The notes under the pieces are model-generated. The model was given only the letters and a program-made list of their open reading frames with translations, had not been told where the DNA came from and made no database searches. Made by a program: the position numbers and the translations under genes. DNA of 34,113 nt. Source: Candidatus Dadabacteria bacterium (lineage in GTDB: Bacteria; Desulfobacterota_D; UBA1144; Nemesobacterales; CSP1-2). The first letter of the stretch is position 1. The number at the start of each line of letters is the position of its first letter. The stretch covers positions 1 to 34,113 of the forward strand of contig JAKEHC010000037.1 in assembly GCA_022615255.1 (NCBI GenBank), in the 5' to 3' direction. Below, piece after piece: positions 16,072-23,862 of this stretch.

Positions 16072-16102
16072 TAGGGCACGCCCCGGGGGTGTCCCTGCGT
16101 AG
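16072..16102. repeat. Degenerate REP-like hairpin (TAGGGCACGCCCCGGGGGTGTCCCTGCGTAG)
   Basis: Imperfect self-complementarity (GGGCACGCCCC / GGGGGTGTCCC, 9 of 11). It resembles the GTAGGGGCAC subfamily but has damaged termini. Confidence 0.4.
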
Positions 16103-16124
16103 TTAGAAAGTGGAATGCCGAGAA

Positions 16125-16901
16125 CTAAAATACAAGAAACAATTTAGTAAGGAAAAAATCCCCTATAATTATAAGCACAAGTGAAATCACAACGGTAAGC
16201 GTCGTAGCCCTTCCAACCCCCTCCGTACCCCCCTCTGCCTTCATTCCGATGTAGCAACCGACAATTGCAACAATTATCCCAAAAAAAACGGTCTTTGATA
16301 TCCCGCTAATAAAATCCGAGATGCCGACCTGCTGCATCACCCCTGATATAAAAAGCCTTGGGGTGACCCCTAATTCTGAATTAGCGATGATCATCCCGCC
16401 AATAATGCCTACGAGGTCTGCAATTATTGAGAGAAAGGGAAATGAAATTAACGCCGCGATGAATCTCGGAACGACGAGCTTCCTTATAGGATCTGCTCCA
16501 AGGGTTCTTATCGCATCAATCTGCTCCGTAACCTTCATAGAGCCGATTTCCGCCGTGATCCCTGACCCTACCCTTCCGCCAACGAGTAATGATGTAAGCA
16601 CCGGTCCTAATTCCCTCACTATTGCAAGGGAGACTACGGGACCCACCAGCCCTTTCGCGCCAAACCTGGCAAACCCATAAGCTAGCTGGAGAACCATTAC
16701 CATCCCAATAGCCAGAGATGAGAGAATGACAATGGGAATGGATTTAAAACCTATCTCATCTATTTGTTCCAGCACAAGTCGAAGGTTAAATGGAGGGGTT
16801 AAGCTGTAGCGTATTGTTCTATAAAGAAGAACCCCGACGTCTCCAAGACTCTCGACTAAAGAAACGAAATATTTCCCTATTGCAGAAATAAAACCTTTCA
16901 C
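16125..16901 (-). CDS. mlaE: MlaE-family ABC transporter permease
   Basis: 258 aa with the typical MlaE/YrbE profile (GVLLYRT..., LVGPVVSLAIVRELGPVLT.LLVGGRVGS.ITAEIGSMKVTEQIDA). GTG start at 16899-16901. Confidence 0.85.
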   Translation of the reverse strand: MKGFISAIGKYFVSLVESLGDVGVLLYRTIRYSLTPPFNLRLVLEQIDEIGFKSIPIVILSSLAIGMVMVLQLAYGFARFGAKGLVGPVVSLAIVRELGPVLTSLLVGGRVGSGITAEIGSMKVTEQIDAIRTLGADPIRKLVVPRFIAALISFPFLSIIADLVGIIGGMIIANSELGVTPRLFISGVMQQVGISDFISGISKTVFFGIIVAIVGCYIGMKAEGGTEGVGRATTLTVVISLVLIIIGDFFLTKLFLVF

Positions 16902-17443
16902 TATTTAATAACCCTGAATTGCGATAGAAAATTTTTAAATTCGCTATATCCGCTTTCAAACCCATCCGGTGAAGAGGCGTAAGTAAAATCATAGACACAA
17001 CTATCTTTTTTAAAAACTGCGGCGCTCAGTTTCACTGAAGCGCTATCCAGTTTCCCCAAGTAAATACCCTCAAGCGCCTTTTCACCGCTAATAATAATTT
17101 CCTTTTCTTCAACCATTTTTTTCTCCTTAAAACCGATAAGAAGTGAATTAGAAAGCGCCTTCAGACTGTAGTTCGCCTTTATCTTGCATGTCGAGTTAAC
17201 GGTTATTGTCGACTGATTCATTTCATTAAAGAATGCCAGGTCTCCTCCCTTGATATTAATTCTCTTCCAGTTATCCGACAGTTTTCCCATCTCATATGTC
17301 GTATCTTTGGACTCATAAACCTGTCCTCTGAGTTTCCCACTAGAAGAATTATCGGCAGAGGCATAATAACGAGCAAATTTAACGACCGAACAGGAATTAA
17401 AGAAAACAGAGAAAAAAACTATGGTTACAAAGAATCTTTTCAT
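16901..17443 (-). CDS. Probable lipoprotein, function unknown (180 aa)
   Basis: Signal peptide MKRFFVTIVFFSVFFNSC with a Cys at the cleavage position. Its stop overlaps the mlaE GTG by 1 nt (TAGTG). No MCE-domain motifs were seen. Confidence 0.65.
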   Translation of the reverse strand: MKRFFVTIVFFSVFFNSCSVVKFARYYASADNSSSGKLRGQVYESKDTTYEMGKLSDNWKRINIKGGDLAFFNEMNQSTITVNSTCKIKANYSLKALSNSLLIGFKEKKMVEEKEIIISGEKALEGIYLGKLDSASVKLSAAVFKKDSCVYDFTYASSPDGFESGYSEFKNFLSQFRVIK

Positions 17444-17493
17444 ATTTCGGATTGGTTTAGTTTAATCAAAATACATCCTAAAAACCAGCAGCA

Positions 17494-17521
17494 GTAGGGG
17501 CACAGCATGCTGTGCCCCTAC
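17494..17521. repeat. REP-like 28-nt perfect palindrome, GTAGGGGCAC subfamily (GTAGGGGCACAGCATGCTGTGCCCCTAC)
   Basis: Perfect palindrome. It differs from the copy at 10871 only at the paired positions 11 and 18. Confidence 0.9.
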
Positions 17522-17529
17522 TCAGTTCT

Positions 17530-18528
17530 TTAAAAAATAAAACTAATTATGTGAAAAGCAAATCCTGCAATAAGAGCCGCGGCAGGTATGGTGAAGATCC
17601 ACGCCCAAACTATCCTTAAGGTAACCCCCCAACGAACTGTAGAGAGTCCTTTAGATGCGCCAACGCCAGAAATAGCGCCTGTGATCACATGGGTCGTGCT
17701 AACCGGTATGCCAAGATAAGTAGCAAGAAATATACTGACTGCGCTCGCACTCTCAGCGCAGAATCCGTCAATCGGTCTTAATTTAGTAATCTTCTGACCC
17801 ATAGTCTTGACAATCCTCCACCCCCCGATTAGGGTGCCTAAAGCGATAAAAGCATGTGCGCTGAGCACTACCCAAAGAGGAACAGTAAATTTGTTAATCA
17901 AACCCGCTGAAAACAATAGTCCTGTAATGATTCCCATTGTTTTTTGAGCATCGTTGCCCCCATGACCCAAGCTATAAAGGGCGGCGGAAAGGAACTGAAA
18001 TCGCCGAGACCATTTATTTACGAAAGCAGGAGTTTGTTTATAGACGAGCCAAGTAGAGATAGTTATAAAAATCATTCCCAGAATTAGACCGATAGTCGGC
18101 GCCAGAATAATAAACCCCAGTGTTTTATACCAGCCGCTTGCTATGATCACACTCGCACCTGCTTTTGCAATGGCTGCTCCGGCATAACCACCTATCAAGG
18201 CATGAGATGAGCTTGTTGGTAATCCTAAATACCACGTTGTTAGATTCCAACCTATAGCACCGATTAATCCAGCAAAAATAACCGTTGGGGTCACAGTACT
18301 AATATCAATTAAACCCTTGCCTACTGTTTTTGCTACGGCAGTTCCAAAAATAAGGAAGGCGACAAAATTAAAGAATGCTGCCCAAATAACCGCTTGTTTA
18401 GGGGTTAACACCCGCGTAGAGACAATTGTTGCAATGGAATTTGCCGCATCATGAATGCCGTTAGTAAAATCAAATATGAGAGCTAAAAAGATAAGAAAAA
18501 TGACAAAGATTAGCTGAGGATCAAGCAT
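17530..18528 (-). CDS. Inorganic phosphate transporter, PiT family
   Basis: GIHDAANSIAT near the N-terminus and a second GGNDAQK repeat; 332 aa, polytopic. Confidence 0.9.
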   Translation of the reverse strand: MLDPQLIFVIFLIFLALIFDFTNGIHDAANSIATIVSTRVLTPKQAVIWAAFFNFVAFLIFGTAVAKTVGKGLIDISTVTPTVIFAGLIGAIGWNLTTWYLGLPTSSSHALIGGYAGAAIAKAGASVIIASGWYKTLGFIILAPTIGLILGMIFITISTWLVYKQTPAFVNKWSRRFQFLSAALYSLGHGGNDAQKTMGIITGLLFSAGLINKFTVPLWVVLSAHAFIALGTLIGGWRIVKTMGQKITKLRPIDGFCAESASAVSIFLATYLGIPVSTTHVITGAISGVGASKGLSTVRWGVTLRIVWAWIFTIPAAALIAGFAFHIISFIF

Positions 18529-19144
18529 TCTCTAGGACAATTCCCTCTATGATGTTTGCCACGTCTTCACAGGTATCAATAGCTTCTTCGAGTGTTTCGT
18601 ATATGTCTTTCCACTTGATTATCTCGATCGGATCGGAAGGCGAATTAAATAATACCGACTGAGCAATTCTGTAAGTTCTGTCTCCTTCATTTTCAAGCCG
18701 ATTGATTTCTATGCAGGTGTCAAGTATTGAGCGGGAATTTTTTAGATTTCTAAGTCCCCCTACACCCTTTGCAACCTCCTCTATGGCTTTCTCAAGAGTA
18801 TTAACTAAAGCTATCGCTTCTGGTGTTGTGTTCGTTATTTTGTAAAGAAGGATTCGCTCGCACGTAGCATAAATAAGGTCAAGAATATCATCCATCTTTG
18901 TAATAAGCGTATAAATGTATTCACGATCAATTGGAGTTACAAAAGTTTTATGCAACTTGGATACAGTTTCATGGGTTATGCGATCGGCTTCATGCTCAAC
19001 GTCTTTTATCTGCCTCGTTTTCTCTTCTACCTTCGACAAATCATGTACCATCTCCTTGAGGAGCCTTATCCCGCGAATCATCTTTTCTGAGGCTTCATCA
19101 AAGTAATCGAAAAATTTCTCTTCTTTTGGAAAAAACCTGACCAT
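18521..19144 (-). CDS. DUF47 / PhoU-like phosphate transport regulator (TIGR00153 family)
   Basis: FFDYF....A at the N-terminus, HEAD...H and ENEGD motifs. It overlaps the downstream PiT gene by 8 nt, which is the canonical DUF47-PiT pair. Confidence 0.85.
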   Translation of the reverse strand: MVRFFPKEEKFFDYFDEASEKMIRGIRLLKEMVHDLSKVEEKTRQIKDVEHEADRITHETVSKLHKTFVTPIDREYIYTLITKMDDILDLIYATCERILLYKITNTTPEAIALVNTLEKAIEEVAKGVGGLRNLKNSRSILDTCIEINRLENEGDRTYRIAQSVLFNSPSDPIEIIKWKDIYETLEEAIDTCEDVANIIEGIVLENA

Positions 19145-19191
19145 TAGAACACCCCTTATGAAAATTTGAATGATTATAACATGTTAAACAT

Positions 19192-19221
19192 ACAAACCTG
19201 ATTTTTTAAAATCAGGTTTGT
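19192..19221. promoter_or_regulatory. 30-nt near-perfect palindrome in a divergent promoter region (ACAAACCTGATTTT-TT-AAAATCAGGTTTGT)
   Basis: 14-nt arms around a 2-nt centre, 48 nt upstream of the DUF47-PiT operon start. Both flanking genes point away from it, so a terminator role is unlikely. Confidence 0.5.
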
Positions 19222-19296
19222 TCACGCAATCATACTTGAAACCCCGACAAAAACCAAGCATCATAACGATATAATCTCCAATGGGAGTAAATTAAC

Positions 19297-19338
19297 GCAT
19301 CTTGTATTATGAATCGTACATCTTGCTTATTTTATTCG
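19297..19338. repeat. Heptad-periodic stretch upstream of grx
   Basis: Six in-phase units: gcatctt gtattat gaatcgt acatctt gcttatt ttattcg. Confidence 0.5.
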
Positions 19339-19379
19339 TGGTTGAAGCATGTGAGCTTAAATGCGGAGGCTAATCTAAA

Positions 19380-19631
19380 TTGAGCAACGTTGTTATATAT
19401 ACAACAGCATACTGTCCATACTGTAGGGCTGCTAAGAGACTTCTTGATAGTAAAGGTGTAAAATACAAAGAAGTTGATATCACTGAAGACCTAGAGGTGA
19501 AAAGTAAGGTCATGGATGAGCTTGGCTGGAAAACCGTGCCTATAATACTAATTAATGAAAAACTCATAGGCGGTTACGACCAGTTGAGGGAACTGGAAAG
19601 AGAAGGAAAGCTGGATGAGATGCTTAAGTAA
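19380..19631 (+). CDS. grxC: Glutaredoxin (Grx3-type)
   Basis: YTTAYCPYCRAAKRLL (CPYC active site), TVPIILINEKLIGGYDQL; 83 aa. TTG start with GGAGG about 10 nt upstream. Confidence 0.9.
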   Translation: MSNVVIYTTAYCPYCRAAKRLLDSKGVKYKEVDITEDLEVKSKVMDELGWKTVPIILINEKLIGGYDQLRELEREGKLDEMLK

Positions 19632-19636
19632 CTTAT

Positions 19637-19727
19637 GGTTCGTGTATCGTTTATCGTGAATCGTTTGAATGAACTAACACGAAGTCAAACCCGAGTCACG
19701 AATCACGAGCCACGAAACTCGAATCAT
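19637..19727. repeat. Inverted arrays of heptad units (TCGTGNA x4 on the left, CACGANN x3-4 on the right); possible grx terminator
   Basis: In one phase: ggttcgt gtatcgt ttatcgt gaatcgt | ttgaatg aactaac acgaagt caaaccc | gagtcac gaatcac gagccac gaaactc gaatcat. The arms are reverse complements of each other, and the element is followed by TTTTTT (19726-32). Confidence 0.75.
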
Positions 19728-19771
19728 TTTTTGGTTTGACTCCTTAAACCCTCTAATTTAACATACACCCC

Positions 19772-21172
19772 ATGAGTGTAAGAGTAAGATTCGCCCCAAG
19801 CCCGACAGGGGCGCTTCATATTGGTGGAGTGCGGACTGCCATATTTAACTGGCTTTTTGCAAGGCATCATAATGGAAAATTTATACTGAGAATAGAGGAC
19901 ACAGACCGTACCCGCTCCACCGAGGAGTCAATCGCTGAAATAATGGACGCCATGACATGGCTCGGACTTGATTGGGATGAAGGTCCCTTTAGACAGTCTG
20001 ATAGGCTTTCGGTTTACCAAGGCTACGCTCAAAAGCTCCTAGAGGCTGGAAAGGCATATAGATGCTACTGCACACAAGAAGAGCTTGAAAGAAGGAGAAA
20101 AGGGGCAGAAAAGCAGGGAAGTGCCTATAGATATGAAGGGACATGTAGGAATTTAAAATCATATCCACCGGACAAAGCTTATGCCATTAGGCTCATAACA
20201 CCTGAGATGGGAAGCATAGAGGTGCATGATTTAATCAGAGGGACGATCACATTTGATGCTAAGGAGATTGATGATTTTATTATTCAAAAGGGAGACGGAT
20301 TTCCAACCTATAACTTCGCTGTAGTGATTGACGACGTCACAATGAATATAACCCATGTAATACGAGGAGACGACCATATCGCAAACACCCCGAAACAGAT
20401 ATTGATCTACAACGCCCTTGGATATGACATCCCGGAATTCGCCCATGTCTCGACGATTCTCGGCTCTGACAAAGCGAAGCTAAGCAAAAGACACGGTGCT
20501 ATCTCGGTTGTCGCATATAGGGAAATGGGCTACCTTCCAGAGGCGCTTGTTAATTATTTAACCCGTCTCGGCTGGTCCTACGGTGATCAGGAAATATTCA
20601 GCAGAGAGGAATTATTTGAAAAATTCACACTAGAGAATGTTGGAAAATCACCCGCTGTTTTTAACCCGGAAAAACTACTCTGGCTGAACGGCTGGTATAT
20701 AAGAAACAAACCTGCCGAGGAAATTGGAAAGCTTGTCATCCCGTTTCTTGAAAAGAAGGGCTTTCAGGTCACACTTGACGATAAGCTCATAAAAATCGTA
20801 AATATCCTTAAAGAAAGAGCAAAAACGCTTGTAGACATTGCCGACTCGGCAGAATACTTTTTCATTGAAGAGGTAGAATATGAAGAATCGGCTCGAAAGA
20901 AGTTTCTAATCCCTGAGTCAGTCCCAATATTTGAAGCCTTGATAGATAAACTCTCCTCCCTTACCGATTTTACCATTTCTGAATTACAAAGTGTGTTCGG
21001 AGAAATTATAGAGAAAAGAGGGCTTAAACTCGTTCAGGTCGCTCAACCCGTAAGGGTCGCCCTCACCGGAGGCACAGTAAGCCCGGGAATATTCGAGGTC
21101 ATGGAGATTATGGGTAAGGAGAGGGTTATAGAGATATTAAAGAAGGCAGTTCATCATATTTCAAAGAGTTAG
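19772..21172 (+). CDS. gltX: Glutamate--tRNA ligase
   Basis: RFAPSPTGALHIGG (HIGH motif), KLSKRHG (KMSKS motif), 466 aa. Confidence 0.95.
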   Translation: MSVRVRFAPSPTGALHIGGVRTAIFNWLFARHHNGKFILRIEDTDRTRSTEESIAEIMDAMTWLGLDWDEGPFRQSDRLSVYQGYAQKLLEAGKAYRCYCTQEELERRRKGAEKQGSAYRYEGTCRNLKSYPPDKAYAIRLITPEMGSIEVHDLIRGTITFDAKEIDDFIIQKGDGFPTYNFAVVIDDVTMNITHVIRGDDHIANTPKQILIYNALGYDIPEFAHVSTILGSDKAKLSKRHGAISVVAYREMGYLPEALVNYLTRLGWSYGDQEIFSREELFEKFTLENVGKSPAVFNPEKLLWLNGWYIRNKPAEEIGKLVIPFLEKKGFQVTLDDKLIKIVNILKERAKTLVDIADSAEYFFIEEVEYEESARKKFLIPESVPIFEALIDKLSSLTDFTISELQSVFGEIIEKRGLKLVQVAQPVRVALTGGTVSPGIFEVMEIMGKERVIEILKKAVHHISKS

Positions 21173-21387
21173 ATTAATTTCCATAGCATGTAAATCACTT
21201 TGACTACTGCGTCCAAACAACCATTGATTGTGCCTGAAGAATTTTTCTTAAACCCCTATATTAAATCTTAACTTAGCTTCAGAACATTCCGAACCACACT
21301 ATACGAACTATCTGTTTTAGAACCGGGGAAGCACCATCAAGCCCGACTTGAGATTAATGGTGCGCCACCGTTTCTACTTAAAATTGT

Positions 21388-21861
21388 TCAGTGATTTTTA
21401 TGGTAAAAACCCCGTTCAGTTCCGTGTTGATGGGAGTGCTTCTTTACTTCATCGGCAATCTTCTTTCGTTGCTCAGGATTCAGGCTTTTGTGAAAATCGA
21501 CTAATTCGGCAATTATAATTGGAGCAATTTGATCAACGTGCTTCTGTTTTTCTTTTACCCATTCTAATATCCTTCCCTGATCCAGCCCTCCTGAGGAAAT
21601 CATATTAATAACCTCCTCTCTTAGGTTTTCTCTATCATTTTTTATCTCTCTCTCGAAGTTTCTCAGTTCATCGCTCATAAGCACCAGTTTGGATCTCTGT
21701 TCCTTCGTAAGATCTAGCTCGAAAGAGATCCATTCTATAACTCTATCTGTTTTTCCTTTGTGAGAATCTTTACCTTTTAAAGTTCCAAAAAATCCGAGGA
21801 CTGATATTAAAACGACCCCAGCTACTGCTGTCGATGTGATCAACAATGTGTTCATGGTCAA
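21388..21861 (-). CDS. Spy/CpxP/ZraP-like periplasmic protein with an N-terminal anchor
   Basis: An N-terminal hydrophobic helix, two LTxxQ-like motifs (DLTKEQRSKL, LNPEQRKKI) and a His-rich C-terminus (KKHSHQHGTERGFYHKNH). Confidence 0.65.
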   Translation of the reverse strand: MTMNTLLITSTAVAGVVLISVLGFFGTLKGKDSHKGKTDRVIEWISFELDLTKEQRSKLVLMSDELRNFEREIKNDRENLREEVINMISSGGLDQGRILEWVKEKQKHVDQIAPIIIAELVDFHKSLNPEQRKKIADEVKKHSHQHGTERGFYHKNH

Positions 21862-21966
21862 CCTCCTTTTTCATTTATTTGTTAATTCACCAAGATAAAG
21901 CAACTAGATCAATTTAAGTTTTACATTTATCACCTCCTTATACAGTTTCCATTTGCCTATATTTGC

Positions 21967-22677
21967 TCAAAGACCCGTATCCGAATTCGACTTGATACCA
22001 AGTGCACATATAGATGAAACAGGTTTCATTTTCTTTATCTCTAGCCTAGCCTGTGAGAATCCCGCTCCCTCGAGATCCGCAACAATCTTTTTTCCAAGCT
22101 CACAAGCAGTTTCATCCGTTGCACCACGGTTTCTGGGCTGTAGCGTGATAGCGATGAGGCCACCCGGTTTCAATAACCTTCTTAATTCCTTCAATCGTTG
22201 GATTGGATCATCCCAGAACTGGATGGAATTAATAGAAAAAATCTTATCAAAATCCTCATCGAACTCGTGCAGGCTTGAAACAGAGCCGAGTTTAATATCC
22301 ACCCTGCCTTCCCGGATCGTTTTAGCGTTTCGTTTTCGCGCCTGTCTTACCATCACTTCGGAATGGTCGATGCCGGCGATGAATCCAACTGTAGTAATTT
22401 TGCCAATTTCTTCTATAGCAACACCAGGTCCGAAACCAATTTCCAATACCCGATCATTTTTCCTTATACCGAGTAATGAAATCGTCCAACGCATCCGCTC
22501 CTTGTTTGATGGGTTATAAGTCATAACTAATCCTGCCACACTCCCCCAAAACCCCCTTGGACATCCAAATTGTGAAACTATGCTCTGAATAAGTCTCATT
22601 GCCGCCTCCTTGTCTTTATTGGGCGTTATAACGGCCTGCATTGACTCAATAATTTCCGTGCATGGTCCCTCGAACAT
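21967..22677 (-). CDS. Class I SAM-dependent methyltransferase
   Basis: Motif I is VLEIGFGPGVAI, with LLKPGG downstream. The start is uncertain (ATG 22677, 22641 or 22599). The antisense ORF 21953..22519 has no motifs. Confidence 0.8.
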   Translation of the reverse strand: MFEGPCTEIIESMQAVITPNKDKEAAMRLIQSIVSQFGCPRGFWGSVAGLVMTYNPSNKERMRWTISLLGIRKNDRVLEIGFGPGVAIEEIGKITTVGFIAGIDHSEVMVRQARKRNAKTIREGRVDIKLGSVSSLHEFDEDFDKIFSINSIQFWDDPIQRLKELRRLLKPGGLIAITLQPRNRGATDETACELGKKIVADLEGAGFSQARLEIKKMKPVSSICALGIKSNSDTGL

Positions 22678-22879
22678 TCTGAGTTTTTATCTCGCTCTTA
22701 TCCCCGATCTTAGCCATCAGCTTTCCGCATAGAAACCAAATGAACAAAAAGCCCAGTGATAATAAAGGACCCGAAAAGATCCAAAGCTTTGTGTATAAAT
22801 CTATAGAGGCAAAGGCTAAGGTAAGGGATGGCAAGCCAATGGCTATAACCAATACCGTGATAACGACCAACCCCTTCAT
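22646..22879 (-). CDS. Small membrane protein (77 aa, two predicted TM helices)
   Basis: Two hydrophobic stretches (VVITVLVIAIGLPSLTLAF, GPLLSLGFLFIWFLCGKLM). The gene is tightly packed between the MarR gene (1-nt overlap) and the methyltransferase. Confidence 0.55.
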   Translation of the reverse strand: MKGLVVITVLVIAIGLPSLTLAFASIDLYTKLWIFSGPLLSLGFLFIWFLCGKLMAKIGDKSEIKTQNVRGTMHGNY

Positions 22880-23439
22880 TATTTTTTTCTCCCGCTTTTA
22901 TGGAACCGCTTCCACTCCTTATCTTCTAAACATGCTCGTAGCTTCCGGAGAACCCTAGCAGTTAACCTTAGATCCCTCTCTTCTATCTCAATCTTTAGCA
23001 TTTCCAGTATCTTCTCCTCCCGGCGATTCATCTCCTTTATTAAATCTTTTCCCCTCTGCGTTAAATGCACCAGAGGTGACCTCTTGTGGGCTGGGTTCTC
23101 GATAAACTCTACATATCCCTGTTCAACAAGCTGGTTAACCAGTGTCTGAATATACTGGCGAGATACAGGTCTAGCGCGCGCCATCTGTGGCACCGTTTGC
23201 AGTCCAAAACGATCGAGACCCCTCAGGACGCCGCGCTTTCCTGACGTTGTCTCCCCCTGACGATGAATCTCCTCGGCAGTCGCCCGAAGACAGTGAAACA
23301 GCGCTACCGTTTCTCCAAAGACAGATTCGATAGCCGACTCCCCAAATCCTGAGGCAACAGCCGCAGGTGCTTTATACCGCTTACCCACACGTCGCTCATA
23401 AGAAGATTTATCCCCCGTGTTTGTTCTCATCTTATTCAT
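22879..23439 (-). CDS. MarR family transcriptional regulator
   Basis: Winged-HTH region VPQMARARPVSRQYIQTLVNQLVEQGYVEFIENPAHKRSPLVHLTQRGKDLI. Confidence 0.85.
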   Translation of the reverse strand: MNKMRTNTGDKSSYERRVGKRYKAPAAVASGFGESAIESVFGETVALFHCLRATAEEIHRQGETTSGKRGVLRGLDRFGLQTVPQMARARPVSRQYIQTLVNQLVEQGYVEFIENPAHKRSPLVHLTQRGKDLIKEMNRREEKILEMLKIEIEERDLRLTARVLRKLRACLEDKEWKRFHKSGRKK

Positions 23440-23473
23440 TAATTATTTCCATCAATCTGGATTTTTACATTTT

Positions 23474-23530
23474 GACAAGCGTATTGTCTAACTGACAAGT
23501 ATATTATAATAATGGCAAGTTTATTGTCAA
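23474..23530 (-). promoter_or_regulatory. Consensus sigma70 promoter and repeated inverted-repeat operators of the MarR-led operon
   Basis: On the minus strand the promoter reads TTGACA (23530-23525), a 16-nt spacer, then TATAAT (23508-23503). GGCAAgtttaTTGTC (23514-23528) overlaps the -35 element and the spacer. GACAAgcgtaTTGTC (23474-23488) lies in the leader. A GACAAG half-site is at 23494. Confidence 0.7.
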
Positions 23531-23557
23531 GAGATAATTTTTAAAATAAGATTTATT

Positions 23558-23585
23558 GTAGAGACACGTCATGGCGTGTCTCTAC
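23558..23585. repeat. REP-like 28-nt palindrome, GTAGAGAC subfamily (GTAGAGACACGTCATGGCGTGTCTCTAC)
   Basis: Self-complementary apart from one T.G position. Confidence 0.9.
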
Positions 23586-23862
23586 CGCAGGAGCAGTCAC
23601 TGGCTAGGATAAAGCCAGAAGGCATATTCGGATTGGGTGATTAGAAAACGAGCACAGGCCACATTTACGATGTCCCGACAAAAGCGTGACCAAATGAGGC
23701 TGATTATCAGAATCCTGCTCTGATGAGTGAATCGAGTGGCGCCAGGATGGCGCTCTTACCAGGTCCTTTTTATTTGTAGGAGTAGCATCTCTTTTGCGAA
23801 CTGAAGGCAGACGGGTTTTCCAGCCCAGCCATACAGAAGTCACCGGAATATAGAAATCGTTC

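Noticed and set aside
21953-22519. 188-aa plus-strand ORF
   Set aside because: It is antisense to the methyltransferase gene, which carries a clear VLEIGFGPG SAM-binding motif. The plus-strand translation is low-complexity (Ser/Pro/Ile-rich).
23720-23727. CTGATGAG, the conserved hammerhead-ribozyme core heptamer
   Set aside because: No matching CGAAA box, and no stem I/II/III arrangement around it, could be found on this strand. An isolated 8-mer is expected by chance.
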